DNA of 64,000 nt from the NCBI GenBank assembly GCA_028534125.1, contig CM052817.1, positions 96,412,001-96,476,000 of the forward strand, read 5' to 3'. The first letter of the stretch is position 1; the number at the start of each line of letters is the position of its first letter. Origin of the DNA: Lama glama. Its lineage: Eukaryota. The notes below the pieces were generated by a model. The model was not told where the DNA came from. It searched no databases and saw only the letters and a program-made list of their open reading frames with translations. Positions 37,393 through 49,936 of the stretch are shown here, one piece after another. A program made the position numbers and the translations under genes.

Positions 37393-38333
37393 ATTTTTTT
37401 TTTGATCTGGGATATATTTATCTTTTTTTAATTTATTGACATGTAGTCAGTTACAATGTTTAAATTTCTGGTGTACAGCATTATGTTTCAGTCATGCATA
37501 TACATACATATATTCATTTTCATTACGTTTCATTATAGGTTACTATAAGATATTGAATATAGTCCCCTGTGCTATACAGAAGAAATTTATTTTAATCTAT
37601 TTTATATATAGTAGTTAATATTAGCAATTCCCGAACTCCTAATTTATCCCTTCCCACCCCCTCGCCCCTGGTAACCATAGGTTTGTTTACTATGTCTGTG
37701 AGTCTGTTTCTGTTTTGTAGATAAGTTCTTTAGTGTCCTTCTCCTCCTCCTCCTCCTCCTCCTCCTTCTTCTTTCCATGTATGAGTGATATATGGTATTT
37801 TTCTTTCTCTTTCTGGCTTACTTCACTTAGAATGATGAACTCCAGATCTGTTCACGTTGCTGCAAATGGCATTATTTTATTCTTTTTTATGGCTGAGTAG
37901 CATTCCATTGTATAAATATATCACAGCTTTTTTATCCAGTCATCTGTCGATGGATATTTAGGATGTTTCCATGTCTTGGCTATTGTAAATAGTGCTGCTA
38001 TGAGCATTGGGGTGCATGTATATTTTTGAAATTGAGTTCCCTCCAGATATATGCCCAGGAGTGGGATTGCTGAATCATATGGTAAGTCTATTTTTAGTAT
38101 TTTTGAGAAATCTCCATAATGTTGTCTATAATGGCTGCACCAAACTACCTTCCCACCAACAGTGTAGGAGGGTTCCCTCTCTCCACACCCTCTCCATCAA
38201 TTAAGTTTGTGGACTTATTAATGATGGACATTCTGACTGGTGTGAGGTGATACCTCAATGTGGCTTTGGTTTGCATTTCTCTGATAATTAGTGATACTGA
38301 GCATTTTTTCATGGGTCTATTGGCCATTTGTAT
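37393..38333 (-). mobile_element. LINE-1 3' portion (inner, later insertion)
   Basis: ORF2 C-terminus ([34 protein letters not shown]) plus 3' UTR with (CCT)n. TSD TGAAGACAC(G/A)TTATT at 37378-37392 and 38334-38348. Confidence 0.95.
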
Positions 38334-39204
38334 TGAAGACACATTATTGAGCAAAAGCAGGTTTGACTGTATAGCTCTTTAAGGGAGCTTGCAGGCTCCC
38401 TCCCCACCTGTCTGCTTCCTCATCCTCTTTTTTTTGGGGGGGGGCCCTTCCTGTTCACCCCTACCTCCCCAGTGGCCTCATTCCCTGATTCTCTTCCTTC
38501 CATAGCACCAGAGTAGGGCCCTGCAGTGGGCACCTGCAGCTGCTCAGAACCAATCCCCAGCGAAGGTGAAGGCTCTGGTGGCTGACCGCCAGGCCCACTG
38601 TCTGTCTGCTTCCTGTGCCAGGGCATTTGGCTCCTGTTTACTGGGCTTTTATCTGCATTTATCTTTTCAACCAAATGAATTTAAATTATGTCTTTATCTT
38701 TTACTACTGAGGCAGCCGAAATCTCCTTTCTGTCTTAATATGACTTCCTAGTACAGCCCATTTGCTTCTCTAAGAGAGGGTTATAAATACTGTGAGATGG
38801 GAAATGGACCGCTTCTAGGAAAGCTACGTGCGTACAGCTGGGCGTGTGTGGGAAGGGCTCAGACTTCCCAGCACCACAGGGTGGGACTCCAAGAGGTTAT
38901 TTTATATTTAAAACCAAAGGTAGCTTAAGCGCTTTTCTCCCACCTCCCAGAAGGCCTTGTGGTCTTCTGTTTGCATAGTAAATGACAGAAAAGCAAAGAG
39001 GCTCTGCAAAACTCAGCATGGTAATACCAACTGGAGTTTTTTTTTGTTTTTTAACTTAAAACACCTGTACAAATCAGAAGATCAGAAGACACCATTTCAA
39101 CAGAGCAGTGCTGTCTTCACTCAACTGTGTTTTCCTTTTGCTTTCTCTGCCTTGGGCTTTGGGGAAATACAAAGCATTGTTTTGGGGCTCTTATGTTTAA
39201 ACAA

Positions 39205-39635
39205 TTATGGCGGACATCATAGGTTGGCTCCCTCAATATCCATTCCCAGCGCCCTTCTCCCTTGTCCCACCTCTAACTTAGAAACTGGCAAAACAGAACA
39301 TTCTTTTTCCCAGCTTCCCCTGAAGCTCGCATGGGCTTGGCACATGTTTTTGCCCAACAGGACAGAAAAAACAATTTTGCTGGCGGATTTTGGGAAAGTG
39401 TCTGCTTTCTTGACATAAAAACTGGATGTTTCTTATGCTGCCCCTCTCCACTTCTTCCTGTTGGAATGTGGACATGTTCCTGGAGCTGCATCCTTCATTC
39501 TGAGGCTGTAAAGTATGTCTTCTGCCAGGAGGCAGCACCACCATTCTGCTATGTGAGAAAAACAAACCTGTCCTGCTAAATCTTGTAGACAACTGTTCTG
39601 TTGTTTGCTGCCAAAAAGCATTTATCATGAAAATA
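39205..39635 (+). mobile_element. Ancient ERVL/MaLR solo LTR (LTR16/MLT1-like)
   Basis: tggcggacatcataggttggctccctcaatatccattccc...ttcccagcttcccctgaagct...tttgggaaag...ttctgttgtttgctgccaaaaagcatt. Explains the overlapping ORFs at 39.0-39.6 kb. Confidence 0.65.
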
Positions 39636-39864
39636 GCTGTGTTTCTACTCTGATCAAGTCACCATGCAAATAAATGTTTATTATATCCTTTCTCTTTTCC
39701 CTATTCGCCAGAAATCCATCAGGATCCAATGTGGTTAGTCCACAATCTACCTGGCACTAAGCATTAATCTAAGCCAACAATGCTGTTATAGCTCAAGCTG
39801 GTTCCAGAAGACAGGATGAAAATCTACATCGTAAGTCTTCAGATGTCTGGATTCCTGGCTTTTT

Positions 39865-40075
39865 ATAGCAAACATTTATTAAATTCTTACTACATACTAA
39901 GCGCTCTTTAAGTGCTGCTGTAAATGAATTAACTCACAACATGTTCATAAGAACCCAGTGAGGTAGGCACCAACTTCATACTCATTTAAAGATGAGGCAA
40001 TGAAGACACAGAGTAACTAATTCAAAGTTACCCAGTTAATAAGCAGTAGAATGTTATGATCTATGTGGCCCAGAC
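39865..40075 (-). mobile_element. MIR SINE
   Basis: aacatttattaaattcttactacatactaagc...aacccagtgaggtagg...catttaaagatgaggcaatgaagacacagag. Confidence 0.75.
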
Positions 40076-40404
40076 TTCCTGAACCTACAGAGTACACACC
40101 CTGAAGAGTAGGAGCCTTGAAGAAAAAAACATTGTCATTCTAGATATTTTGGCAAATAGATGAATCCCATTCGCATCTTTGGGAGAATATCAGAGTTACT
40201 ACTGTGTACGATAAAACCAGCTATAAAGGGAAAGATGACTCTGCCCACATCAGTCAGAAAAAGTGTCCATTTAAATGAAATAATATTACAAACTAAGATA
40301 AATAAGAATAAGCACTAAATTTCTTTCTGGGCTCTTCATGTGTCAGGTGTTTGGTGAATTATTTGTACAGATCTTTTCACTGAATCCCCCCACAATACAG
40401 AGGA

Positions 40405-40930
40405 AGGGAGGCAGACACTCTGCCGCCAGCCTCAAAGCCAGTGTTTCCCCTTCTTCCTTGCTGTGTCACCCTAGGATTTCTTCCTGTGTTTACCACCCCC
40501 TTGCCGCGAGCTCAGAGAAGTCGGCGCTTCCCCCAGCCCCAGGGGCAGTCATGCTTGGTCTCTGTCAGTAACTCCCTTTGGCAGCTATTGATTCAAAGTA
40601 GGCATATTCTACCTCGAGAAGCTGTAAACCAGGAGAAAAGAGAGGTAACCTTCTGGGGATTTCTGGGAGATTTCCCTCACTGGTCAGAAGAGGCACCAGG
40701 AGGGAATGGCCATGTCATGCTGGAGCTGCAGTGGTCAGCTTGGGACCATTAGGTGAGATGGCTGAGCACCAAATCATTTGCAAAGCATCACGGAGGAACA
40801 GAAAGCAAGGAGCTGGGTCCCCAGTGACCATGCTAACTGCTGAGTTAGCCCTGAAACTGCCCTCCCTCCGGAAGTCTGGTTCTATGAAATAACAGATCCT
40901 TCATTTTTTACCATATGCTAAATGGGTCCC
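40405..40930 (+). mobile_element. Ancient ERVL solo LTR (LTR16C-like) inserted into a minus-strand MIR
   Basis: ggcagacactctg...ccttcttccttgctg...ggatttctgggaga...tggagctgcag..cagcttgggaccattagg. MIR halves flank it at ~40305-40400 and ~40931-41015. Confidence 0.6.
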
Positions 40931-41369
40931 ATATTATCCCCACTTTAGAGCTGAGGAAACTGAGGCATGGAATTTAGAAACCAGGGTTCAAACTTAAGCA
41001 GTCCATTTGCAGAACATCAGTATTTTCTTAAAAAAAAAATCAAAATAAAATACCATCACCACCAGCACATCCTAAACCTCTCAGCTTCCTCTTACTAGCC
41101 AAGAAAAAAAACAAAACAAAACTTTTTTTGTAATACTCCAGTAAGAAACGTTCAGAAGTGAATATCTGAGCTATCATCCTACTATTGTCCACGTCATATG
41201 CAGATTAGCAGACCACAAAGTGGCACTGGGGAAAACCTTGCCTTCTCCAAATTAGAGTGTAAGATCCAAAGTATTGGTGGGACGCCTGTTAGATGAGACA
41301 ATGGCCGTCATGGGAAGCAGCTGGGATGAAGGTGAAAAGGAGAATGGGGCACCTTTTCCATGCCATCCT

Positions 41370-41780
41370 CTGCCACGCCCTTCACTCATGCTCCCCTGAT
41401 CCTTCTAAACGAGGCTACTTGCCTTTCCCCAAACACAGGGAACCTTCATCTCATTCCTTGCTCAGTTAGTTCTTCTGCTACTGCTCTCTCCCCAGCTTGC
41501 CAGCCTAAATCTCACCCCTTCTGTAGGGCCCGGTTTTAACACCCCCACCTCCCAGATGCCCCCCTCAGTTGATTTCCCTCTCCACTGCATCCTGGTGGCA
41601 TCTGTATCATGTGTCGGCATTTATCTCGTCACCTTGCTTGATATTACTTTATTTGGATATATAAGCATATGCCTGGCTTCCCAGCTCAGACTATACGTGG
41701 AATGAAAGCAAGACCTGTGTTTTATTCATTTTATAATTTCCAGTGTCTACCACAGGCTTTCCACTAGGAACCTCAAAGAG
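41370..41780 (+). mobile_element. L2 3' fragment
   Basis: ...cccagctcagactatacgtggaatgaaagcaagacctgtgttttattcattttataatttccagtgtctaccacagg. Confidence 0.55.
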
Positions 41781-43959
41781 GGGTCTGAGGTTTTTAAAAA
41801 ATCAACCTCATGAATCCTCTGGCATGAGCGGAGGACCTTTATGAAGAAACACAGAGTCTATTCTTCCTACAACAAAGCTCCTTTGTTATTTTCCAATTGA
41901 CGTTTTTAAATAGTTACATTTTCGTTTTAACTTTAGAGGTGCCAAAAGAGAGTAATTTTACAAAACATGATGCTACCTAAAATCAGGATTTTCAAAAGAT
42001 TTCCCCGGGATTTGTATTTCCACTTGCCAGTCCCTGCATCTCTCCATTCAGGGATGGAGATAGGACACACGTACTGGATGGCGAACAGAGAGAAAAAAAG
42101 TCCTTTAAGGGCTATGCGAGGGCAGGTGGCAGAAATCAACTCTCTCCTGACAGTAATGCTCTGACAGCACAAAGAGGTTGAGAGAAGTGCTCAACTGTCA
42201 AAGGAAATCATTTAAGGAGCAGGGGCTCTGATTTCAAACCTGGACAGATAATGCTTTATAGCCTAATAAAGGAGGCTATCTAAGAGAAAGAGCCAGATCA
42301 TCGCAGTTAATATGAGCCACACAGCAGAGTCGGAAGAGCAGAGCAACTGAAGACAACCAGAGCCAATCTGACCATAAAAAGCAACTTTTTGAAAAACAAC
42401 GAATATCAGTCTGGTCAATTTTATAAGTCACATTAAATCCACTCATATTCTCACAGACCACAGCATTTCTCTATTTGTGAGTAACATTTCTCTGGGACTC
42501 GGTGTGCTGTGGCTTTCATACCGCTCTGCTCCTGGTCTATTCCCATTTGCATTGCTGGATGGCTGAGTTAAAGAACTAGAAAGCAATATGGGGGAAGCAA
42601 CATCCACAAATTTAAAATACTCTCTGCGGATCAGAGGGGTGCTATGCATTCCTCACATGCAATCCCAAGACATGGGGGTCATTGGCTCCATTTTGCAGAT
42701 GAGATTGCTGGACCTGTGCGTTCATGTGCTTTCTCCAACCCATGAATCATGAGCTAGGGCCCCCAGGCAGAGGAGGCAGAGAGAGACCTGGTCACGAATG
42801 GATGGATGATGAGGGTTCATTTGCTGCGCACAGTAATGCTGTATTCAAATGACTAAGAACTTCACAGCCCTGCATTTGCTATTTAAAAAAAACAGTGAAG
42901 GAAATAATTCCTACCAAATGTGTACTCTTCATGGCAAAACCACTAAGCAGTCAACACTAAAAAATAACTGTAACCCAAGTCAAAAAACAAATGTAGTTGG
43001 GATAGATACCACTGGCCTTAAGATTCTGAGCAAACTCAAAGATGTAAATGGAGAGCCTTTGGACAATGTTTACCCTTGCCAATATAAATTCCTAAATGAT
43101 GATGTTGATCGATTACAAGGGTGACCACCTAGAACAGAAAGGGGATCTAGAGGAGGCCTTCAAGGCTTACCTCCAAACTGGATGAGCTTGGGGAACCTAA
43201 AATAAACCATCACTTAAGAATAACCTATAGGAAAGGTTATCATTTCTGTAAGGGGATGGGGTGGGGAAATTATAATTGTTTCATTTACTAGAGATCTCTG
43301 ATGTGAGAAACAGTCCACATAGATAACAGTAAACAATATATTGCTCCATCTCAAAGCCTTCAACAATACTGAGAGCAAGTACCTCTCAGTGGCCAAGGAA
43401 ATCAGGGTCTCAGAATTTTCAAGTATGAAGAGATGTTGACATTTACCTAATTCAGCCCCTAATTTTATAAACTTGGAAACCACAGTTCAGAGATGGTTCT
43501 AGAACACCAGATTCTTCACACCCTGGCCAGTGTTCTTCTCTGTAAAGATGTTCTATAACACATCAGTTATAATCAGCTATGAAATACATACAACATAATA
43601 GACTATATACTTACTCTCCAAAAGTGGCTATAGATGAGAACAAAAATTACCTCAAGCTTCCTTAGGGCTAGATCGGAGCTGCCTTCAACAGGCAAATATG
43701 TATTATGAATACCAAAATCAGATTATTTTAAGGGAACTCTAGAGCAAGTTTTAGCATCAGAAAAAGTGTACCAGAATATGCCAGAAGACAGAATCCTGAT
43801 CTTTAAACAAAAGATTGGTCCCTCTGCCACAGAAATATACTGTAACATTTTATTTATTCTTGCTCAAGAAAAAATTTAAAAAACAGAGAATTTTGGTGAT
43901 TATGTGCAAAATAAACACAAGAGCAATTATTCTCATAATTCTCAACTCCTTGCTAGAAG

Positions 43960-44285
43960 AGGAAGGCTCCTTCAAACTGAGTAAGGTGAGTTAAGGACAA
44001 ATAAAAGAAAGTATTATTTTATCAGAAAATAATAAACCCATGGAGCTCATTACCATCAAAGAGGTACAGGCAAGGAATATAAATGGATTCATAAAGGTTT
44101 TAACCAAATTTATGAATGTCAGAGCCATAAATGGCTACTGAGGGTACACTTGACCTTTAAGGTTAATGTCAGGGAGGAAAACTAGGTCCTTTCCTGGAAA
44201 ACCCTTGAGGCCTCTGTTGTCAACACAATCCTGAGTTGGATGGAACACCAGGCTTGTCCAGCAGAGCAGTCCCTAAATTCATTTT
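43960..44285 (+). mobile_element. CR1/L3-clade LINE 3' end (ORF2 C-terminus + 3' UTR)
   Basis: 44026-44055 reads KIINPWSSLP and 44061-44141 reads EVQARNINGFIKVLTKFMNVRAINGY*, matching the CR1 ORF2 terminus pattern (RVVNxWNxLP...FKxxLDxF). The tail aatcctgagttggatggaacacc...tccagcagagcagtccctaaattc resembles CR1 3' UTRs. Confidence 0.7.
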
Positions 44286-44849
44286 AACAAATGGGTGTCT
44301 GAGCCACATGAATGCTCGGCTCCTCAGCATCAATGAAAATGTTCCATTTGAAATAGGATATTTACTAAGTGCTCCTGTTGGACTTTCTTATTTATGCCAT
44401 CAGAGTTAAACAAGAGGAAAGATTTCGATTTGAGGAATTAGAAGGAGGCAAGGTTCCAACCCAGACCATGCCAGTGAACAGGCCCTCATGCAAGTCACTG
44501 ACCTTTCTGTGCTCAGTTTTCTCACGGGTGAAATGAGGAGACTCATATCTGTGCTGCAGGCATTTTGTCGAGAAAACCCTCTGCAAACCGAGAAAAGAAA
44601 TTATATTGTTACTGCAGTGATAGTCAGTTTTAAGCACATCTTAGTTATTTGGGGAGACGGTTTGTGAAATACATAAAGACAGCACAACCCTTGCATCATT
44701 TTTCTGGAGAGAACCGATAAACATATCCAAAAAGTACTCAAGACATAAGTCAAATGCAACTCCCCAAGGGAGAGTTTCTTTCTTCTCCACATTTCCAGAA
44801 AACTCTAGTCATATCTCAGTAAAGGCACTCATTATTTATCTGCATACTT

Positions 44850-44975
44850 ACCTCCTTCATTTACCTGTGAGCTCCTCTAGGATAGAGACTTTGTTTCATT
44901 CATCTCTGAATCCCTAGTATTTATCATAGTTCCTTGTATATAGTTAGCAATCAATAGATACTGAATAAATTACTT
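44850..44975 (+). mobile_element. L2 extreme 3' end
   Basis: ctgtgagctcctctaggatagagactttg...tatatagttagcaatcaatagatactgaataaat. Confidence 0.6.
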
Positions 44976-45557
44976 AATATGTGACTGATCCTGCTGTCTC
45001 TACTTCACAACAGTGGAGAAATGATCCAACTGTAAAATGCAATAATCAGATAGTGGCTAAGGTTCAAAATCAAGACTGACTCTCAGCTTTCCTAATTTTT
45101 AGATGCCAGTTTCTAAAACTCTTAATTTGGAAATAATCACATGTTGGTCCTATTTACATGGAAAATAAAAAGCAAGACATGAATCATAGGGTAGGAAAAT
45201 CTTGACTAAGTGCACATACTTGAAATTCTAAAATTATATTCCTACCAACACAGATTGTACTCTTTAAAATAAGATGAATATAATATGATTCTTGGCCATA
45301 ACATCAAATTTTAGGAAAGTACAAGATTGCAGAGAGTCTGATAACTATCATCATTGTCAAAGAGAAAACTTCCAGCCTCATTATCTGCAGAATTCAATAA
45401 AGAGATCAAAATCAACGTGAAAATGCACAACTCAAATTTAGTTCATGACATGAACCAACAGTTGTAGACATTTAGATCTTTTTTAATGTCTAGGAAATGT
45501 TCTCTTCTCACTCATAAACTAAAAGTGTAAATAGCAAATTAAATAAATGTGCATGCC

Positions 45558-48043
45558 TACAATATAGAAAGAAATTATATACTATAACCAAAAGGGATAT
45601 ATCCCAGGTAAGCAAGGCTGGTTCAACATCCAAAAATCAGTTAATGTAACCCATCACATCAACAGGCTAAAAATGAAAAATTACATGATCATGTCAATAA
45701 AGCAGAAAACACATTGACAAAATCCAATGCCCATCATGATAAAAAGTCTCAGTAAATTAGGAATGGGGGAGAAATTCCCCAACTTGATCAAGAACATTTA
45801 CAAAATACCTACCACTAACATCATACATAATGATGGGTAATTAGAAGCTTTCCCATGAAGATCAGGAACAAAGCAAGGATGTTCCCCTCACCCAAAGTTC
45901 TAGCTAATGAAATAAGACAAGACAAGAAAAGATACATAGATTAGAAAGAAAGAAAGAAAATCTTTGTGCACTGATGACGTGATCATCTCTGTAGAAAATC
46001 TGAAAGAATCAATAACAAAAAGTTCCTGGAACTAACAAGAGATTATAATATGGTTTCAGGGTACAAGGTTAATATATAAAAGTCAATTGCTTTCTTGTGT
46101 ATCAGCAGTAAACAAGTAGAATTTGAAATTTAAAACAAAATGCCATCTACATTACCACCATGAAAAAGGAGACACTTGGGTATAAAGCTAAGAAAATAGG
46201 AACAAGATCTATATAAGAAAAACTATAAAATTCTGATGAATGAAGTCGAAGAACTAAGTAAATGAAGAGATATTTTATATTCATGGATAGGAAGATGTCA
46301 GTCTTTCCCAACTTGATCAATACAATCAAAATCAAAATCCCAACAAGTTATTTTGTGGATATCAACAAATTGATTCTAAAGTTTATATTAGGGATAAAAG
46401 ATCCAGAAAAGCCAGCACAATACTGAAAAAGAACAAAGTTGGAGCACTGACACTACCCAGCTTCAAGGCTTACTATAAAACCACAGTAATCAAAATAGTA
46501 TGCTGTTGATGAAAGAAGAGACAAATAGATCAGTGGAATAGAGTAAAGAGCCCAGAAACAGAACTCCATAAATATAGTCAATTAACATCTGACAAAGGAG
46601 CAAATGTAACACAATGGGGCAAAGATAATCTTTTAAACCAACTGTGCTGGAACAACTGGACATCCACCTACAAAAAGATGGATCTAGACACAGACCTTAC
46701 ACCCTTCACAAAAGTTAACTCAAAATGGAGCATAGACCTAAATGTAACATATAAAACTATAAAGTTTCTAGAAGCTAACATAAAAGAACATCTAGATGAC
46801 CTTGGGTATGACTTTTTAGATATAACCCCAAAGGTATGGTCTATGAAAGAAATAACTAACAAGCTGGACTTTATTAAAATTAAGAATTTCTGCTCTGTGA
46901 AGGAAAAAAGTCATAAGGATGAGAAGACAAACCATAGACTAGGAGAAAATGTTTGCAAAAGACACATCTGATAAAGGATGGTTATCCAAATATACAAAGA
47001 GCACTCAAAACTCAACAATAAGAAAACAAACAACCCGATTAAAAAATGGGCCAAATGCCTGAACAGACATCTCACTGAAGAAGATATACAGATGGCAAAT
47101 AAGCATGTAAAAAGTGCTCCAAATCATATGTCATCATGGAAATGCAAATTAAAACAAGGAGATACAAGTGCATACCTGTTAAAAGTGGCCAAAAATCCAA
47201 CACTGACAATACCAAATGTGGATGAGGACGGGGAGCAACAGGAACTCTCGTTTAGTGCTGGTAGAAATGCAAAATGGTGAAGATGTTTGGAAGACACTTT
47301 TGCAGTTTCTTACAAAACTAAACATACCCTTTTCATACAGTCCAGCAGTCACATGCTTTGGTATTTACCCAAAGGGGTTGAAAACTTATGTCCACACAAA
47401 AACCTGCACACAAACACTTATGGCAGCTTTATTCATAATTGCTAGAAACTGGAAGCAACCAAAATGCCCTTCAGTAGGTGAAAGGATACACTGTAGTACA
47501 TCCAGGCAGTGGAATATTACTCAGCGCTAGAAAGAAATAAGCTATCAAGCCATGACAAGACATGGAGGAAACTTAAACTCATATTGCTAAGTGAAAGAAG
47601 CCAATCGGAAGAAGCTACGTACTGAAACATTCTAATATTCTGGAAATAGACAAAAGTATGGAGACAGTATAAGGATCAGTGGGGCCAAGAATTAGAGGTG
47701 GGGGAGTAGGGAGGATGAATAGGCAGAGCACAGACGATTTTCAGGCAGTGAAACTTCTCTCTCTGATACTGTAATGATGGATACATGTCATTACACATTT
47801 GTCCAAGCCCATAGAATGTACAAGACCAAGAGTGAAACATCATTAAACTACAGACTTTGAGTGATTATGATGTGTCATGTAGGTTCATTGATTATAACAA
47901 ATGGACCACTCTGGTGGGGATTTTGCTGATAGGGGAGGCCACGCATGTGTGGGGGCAGGGGGACAAGGGAAAATCTCTATACTTTCCTTTCAATCTTGCT
48001 GTGAACTTAAAACTGCCCTAAAAAAATTAAGTCTGACATAAAT
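45558..48043 (+). mobile_element. LINE-1 (L1MC1-like), ~2.5 kb of ORF2 3' half + 3' UTR, degenerate
   Basis: ORFs 46678-47530 give ORF2 motifs ([53 protein letters not shown]). 3' UTR gatgaataggcagagcacag...ggatacatgtcattacacatttgtccaa...gctgtgaacttaaaactgc is L1MC1/2-type. Confidence 0.95.
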
Positions 48044-49184
48044 AAGCAAGCACATATATAGGTGTGCGTGTGTGTGTGTAAAATTCTTTTCTCAGTTAAC
48101 AGCAGCTGAAAGGATAAGAGCGAAACTGTCAGTAGGCCACTGGACACTAGCGTTCTCCTGCCCATCCCCAGAGGCTAGCCCAGCCCCATCAATGCCTTTG
48201 CACGGGCAACCTCAGGCCAGTTTTATTAAGCACTTTCTGTTGGCAGTTGCAGCTCTGGGTGCAAAGCTGACCCTCCGCTCCTCTGAATTCTGAAATGCTA
48301 TCCACTAATATAATGGTCTTTCTTGTCACAACGCCTGTCATGAATGTTTATTTCCCATCTACTCTTCCTTAGCTAATCCACAGCCAGACTGACTTGGCCA
48401 CCCTCAGATTTCAGCCTTTTTATTCCTGAGCCCAAATTTACATGGGTAGTTAATAATACTGTGACTTACTCTGACCAAGAACACAAATATAGCTCTTCCA
48501 ACTCTCTGCATCAAAAATACATCCTACACGAAACTTATTGTCATTATTTCCCGCTGTCAATCTCACATTGGAATAGGCGACATTGCTCTACTTTGTCATG
48601 GTGAAAAGTTTATCCTGAAAATTTTCGGTGTCTTAGGTCTTCCATGAATGGCTGTGCTCATCTCATGTGTGCTCCTAGGCATCTCCAGCGCTCTGTATTT
48701 AACTCTGCACTTCTAAAAGCAGCTGTACAGAGATAATATTAATGTTATTGCAACAGACAGGCAGAGCCTCACTTCTCTCTGCTTTGACTGAAAATGCTTG
48801 TTCGTCGCGAAAATGTGCAGACATTGGCATTTTTGTGTGAGGTCTGAACGTGTGTGGGTCCAGCTATTGGCAGCAGGAAGAAATAAGACACAAATGCCAG
48901 ATGGTTTGGTTTGGGAAAAAATAACCGGTCAAAATTAACTGGTGATCCACAACCTTTAAAATTATTTTCCAAAGGATCCTCTATTCTGAAGTTGGATAAA
49001 ACTCTTGACCTCACTCTCAGTTCTGAGATGAAGTTGCTTGGAAGGGTGGGTGATCTGAAGATCATTTATCTCCCAGAATAGCTACTTACCTAGACATGTT
49101 GGGTGTTTTAAATTCTGGATACAACTGCTGAGCATATTTTAAATTTTTGAAGACCCGATTTAGAATTCATAGTAGGAAGGGAGA

Positions 49185-49420
49185 AACTAGTAGAAAGATG
49201 ATTGAATTTGGAGTCAAATTCCAGTCTCTGCTACTAACTGGTTATGCTTAATGCATCCCTAAGCCTCAGTTTCCTTCACTGAATAATGGTGGTAGTAACA
49301 TCTGCTCTTGGTCTTGGTCTTGACTACGACCAGGTCGTAGTCATGGGGCTGTTTAAAGATCTAGAGATGAAAGCACATGGGAATGAGCTGTATAAACCTC
49401 CAGGGCGGTGGAATCTTAGC
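49185..49420 (+). mobile_element. MIR SINE carrying a short palindromic insertion
   Basis: tttggagtca...tctctgctactaactgg...ctaagcctcagtttccttcactgaataatgg. Confidence 0.7.
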
Positions 49421-49887
49421 TGTTCTCGTCATCTAAAACAGAAGTTCCTAAAAAAAATAAATAAATAACAACTTACAGGGAACCTATTAATGGCCCTGGT
49501 GGAACTTGCACCCTAGGTTTACTTAGATCATCCAAATTGCAACTTTCATTTTGTTGGGTTGTCTGTTAGCTTAATTCTCCTTATATTTTCTCATTCTTAT
49601 CCCCAAACAATTCAGCCCTAAACAGAGTTGTCTTACAGTAAGAAATAATATTCAGGAAAATATTCAGGGCAAAACAGTGGTAAATTACATCATAAATTTT
49701 CATCATGAACGTTGGCAACAAGGATTGCAGGAGAAAATAATGGGTTTATCGCCATCCCATCAGTTTGACTAACAGTGGTGGTTATGCTGAGACAATACTG
49801 ATTCTTCACTTTCTGTTTCCACTCAGTGCTTCCACGGGGGCCTGAGCGACCCTGGACCTACTAACGAGGATGCCCCCTTCCCACCAG

Positions 49888-49936
49888 CCTCCTTCCACGA
49901 CTGTTGGATCGGCTGGCTGACTCGAAGCTCTCGGAG
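49888..49936 (+). other. Candidate internal exon (unverified)
   Basis: TACTAAC branch consensus at 49859-49865, pyrimidine tract and CAG at 49885-87, donor GAG|GTCAGT. Alternative strong acceptor at 49826/49827. Confidence 0.3.

Noticed and set aside
42849..43124. Protein-looking ORF (..GIDTTGLKILSKLKDVNGEPLDNVYP..)
   Set aside because: Not recognised, and there is no clear acceptor/donor pair; consistent with a chance ORF.
49827..49847. CFHGGLS resembling the PPP-phosphatase HGGLS motif
   Set aside because: Flanking residues do not continue the phosphatase sequence, so a five-residue match is likely chance.
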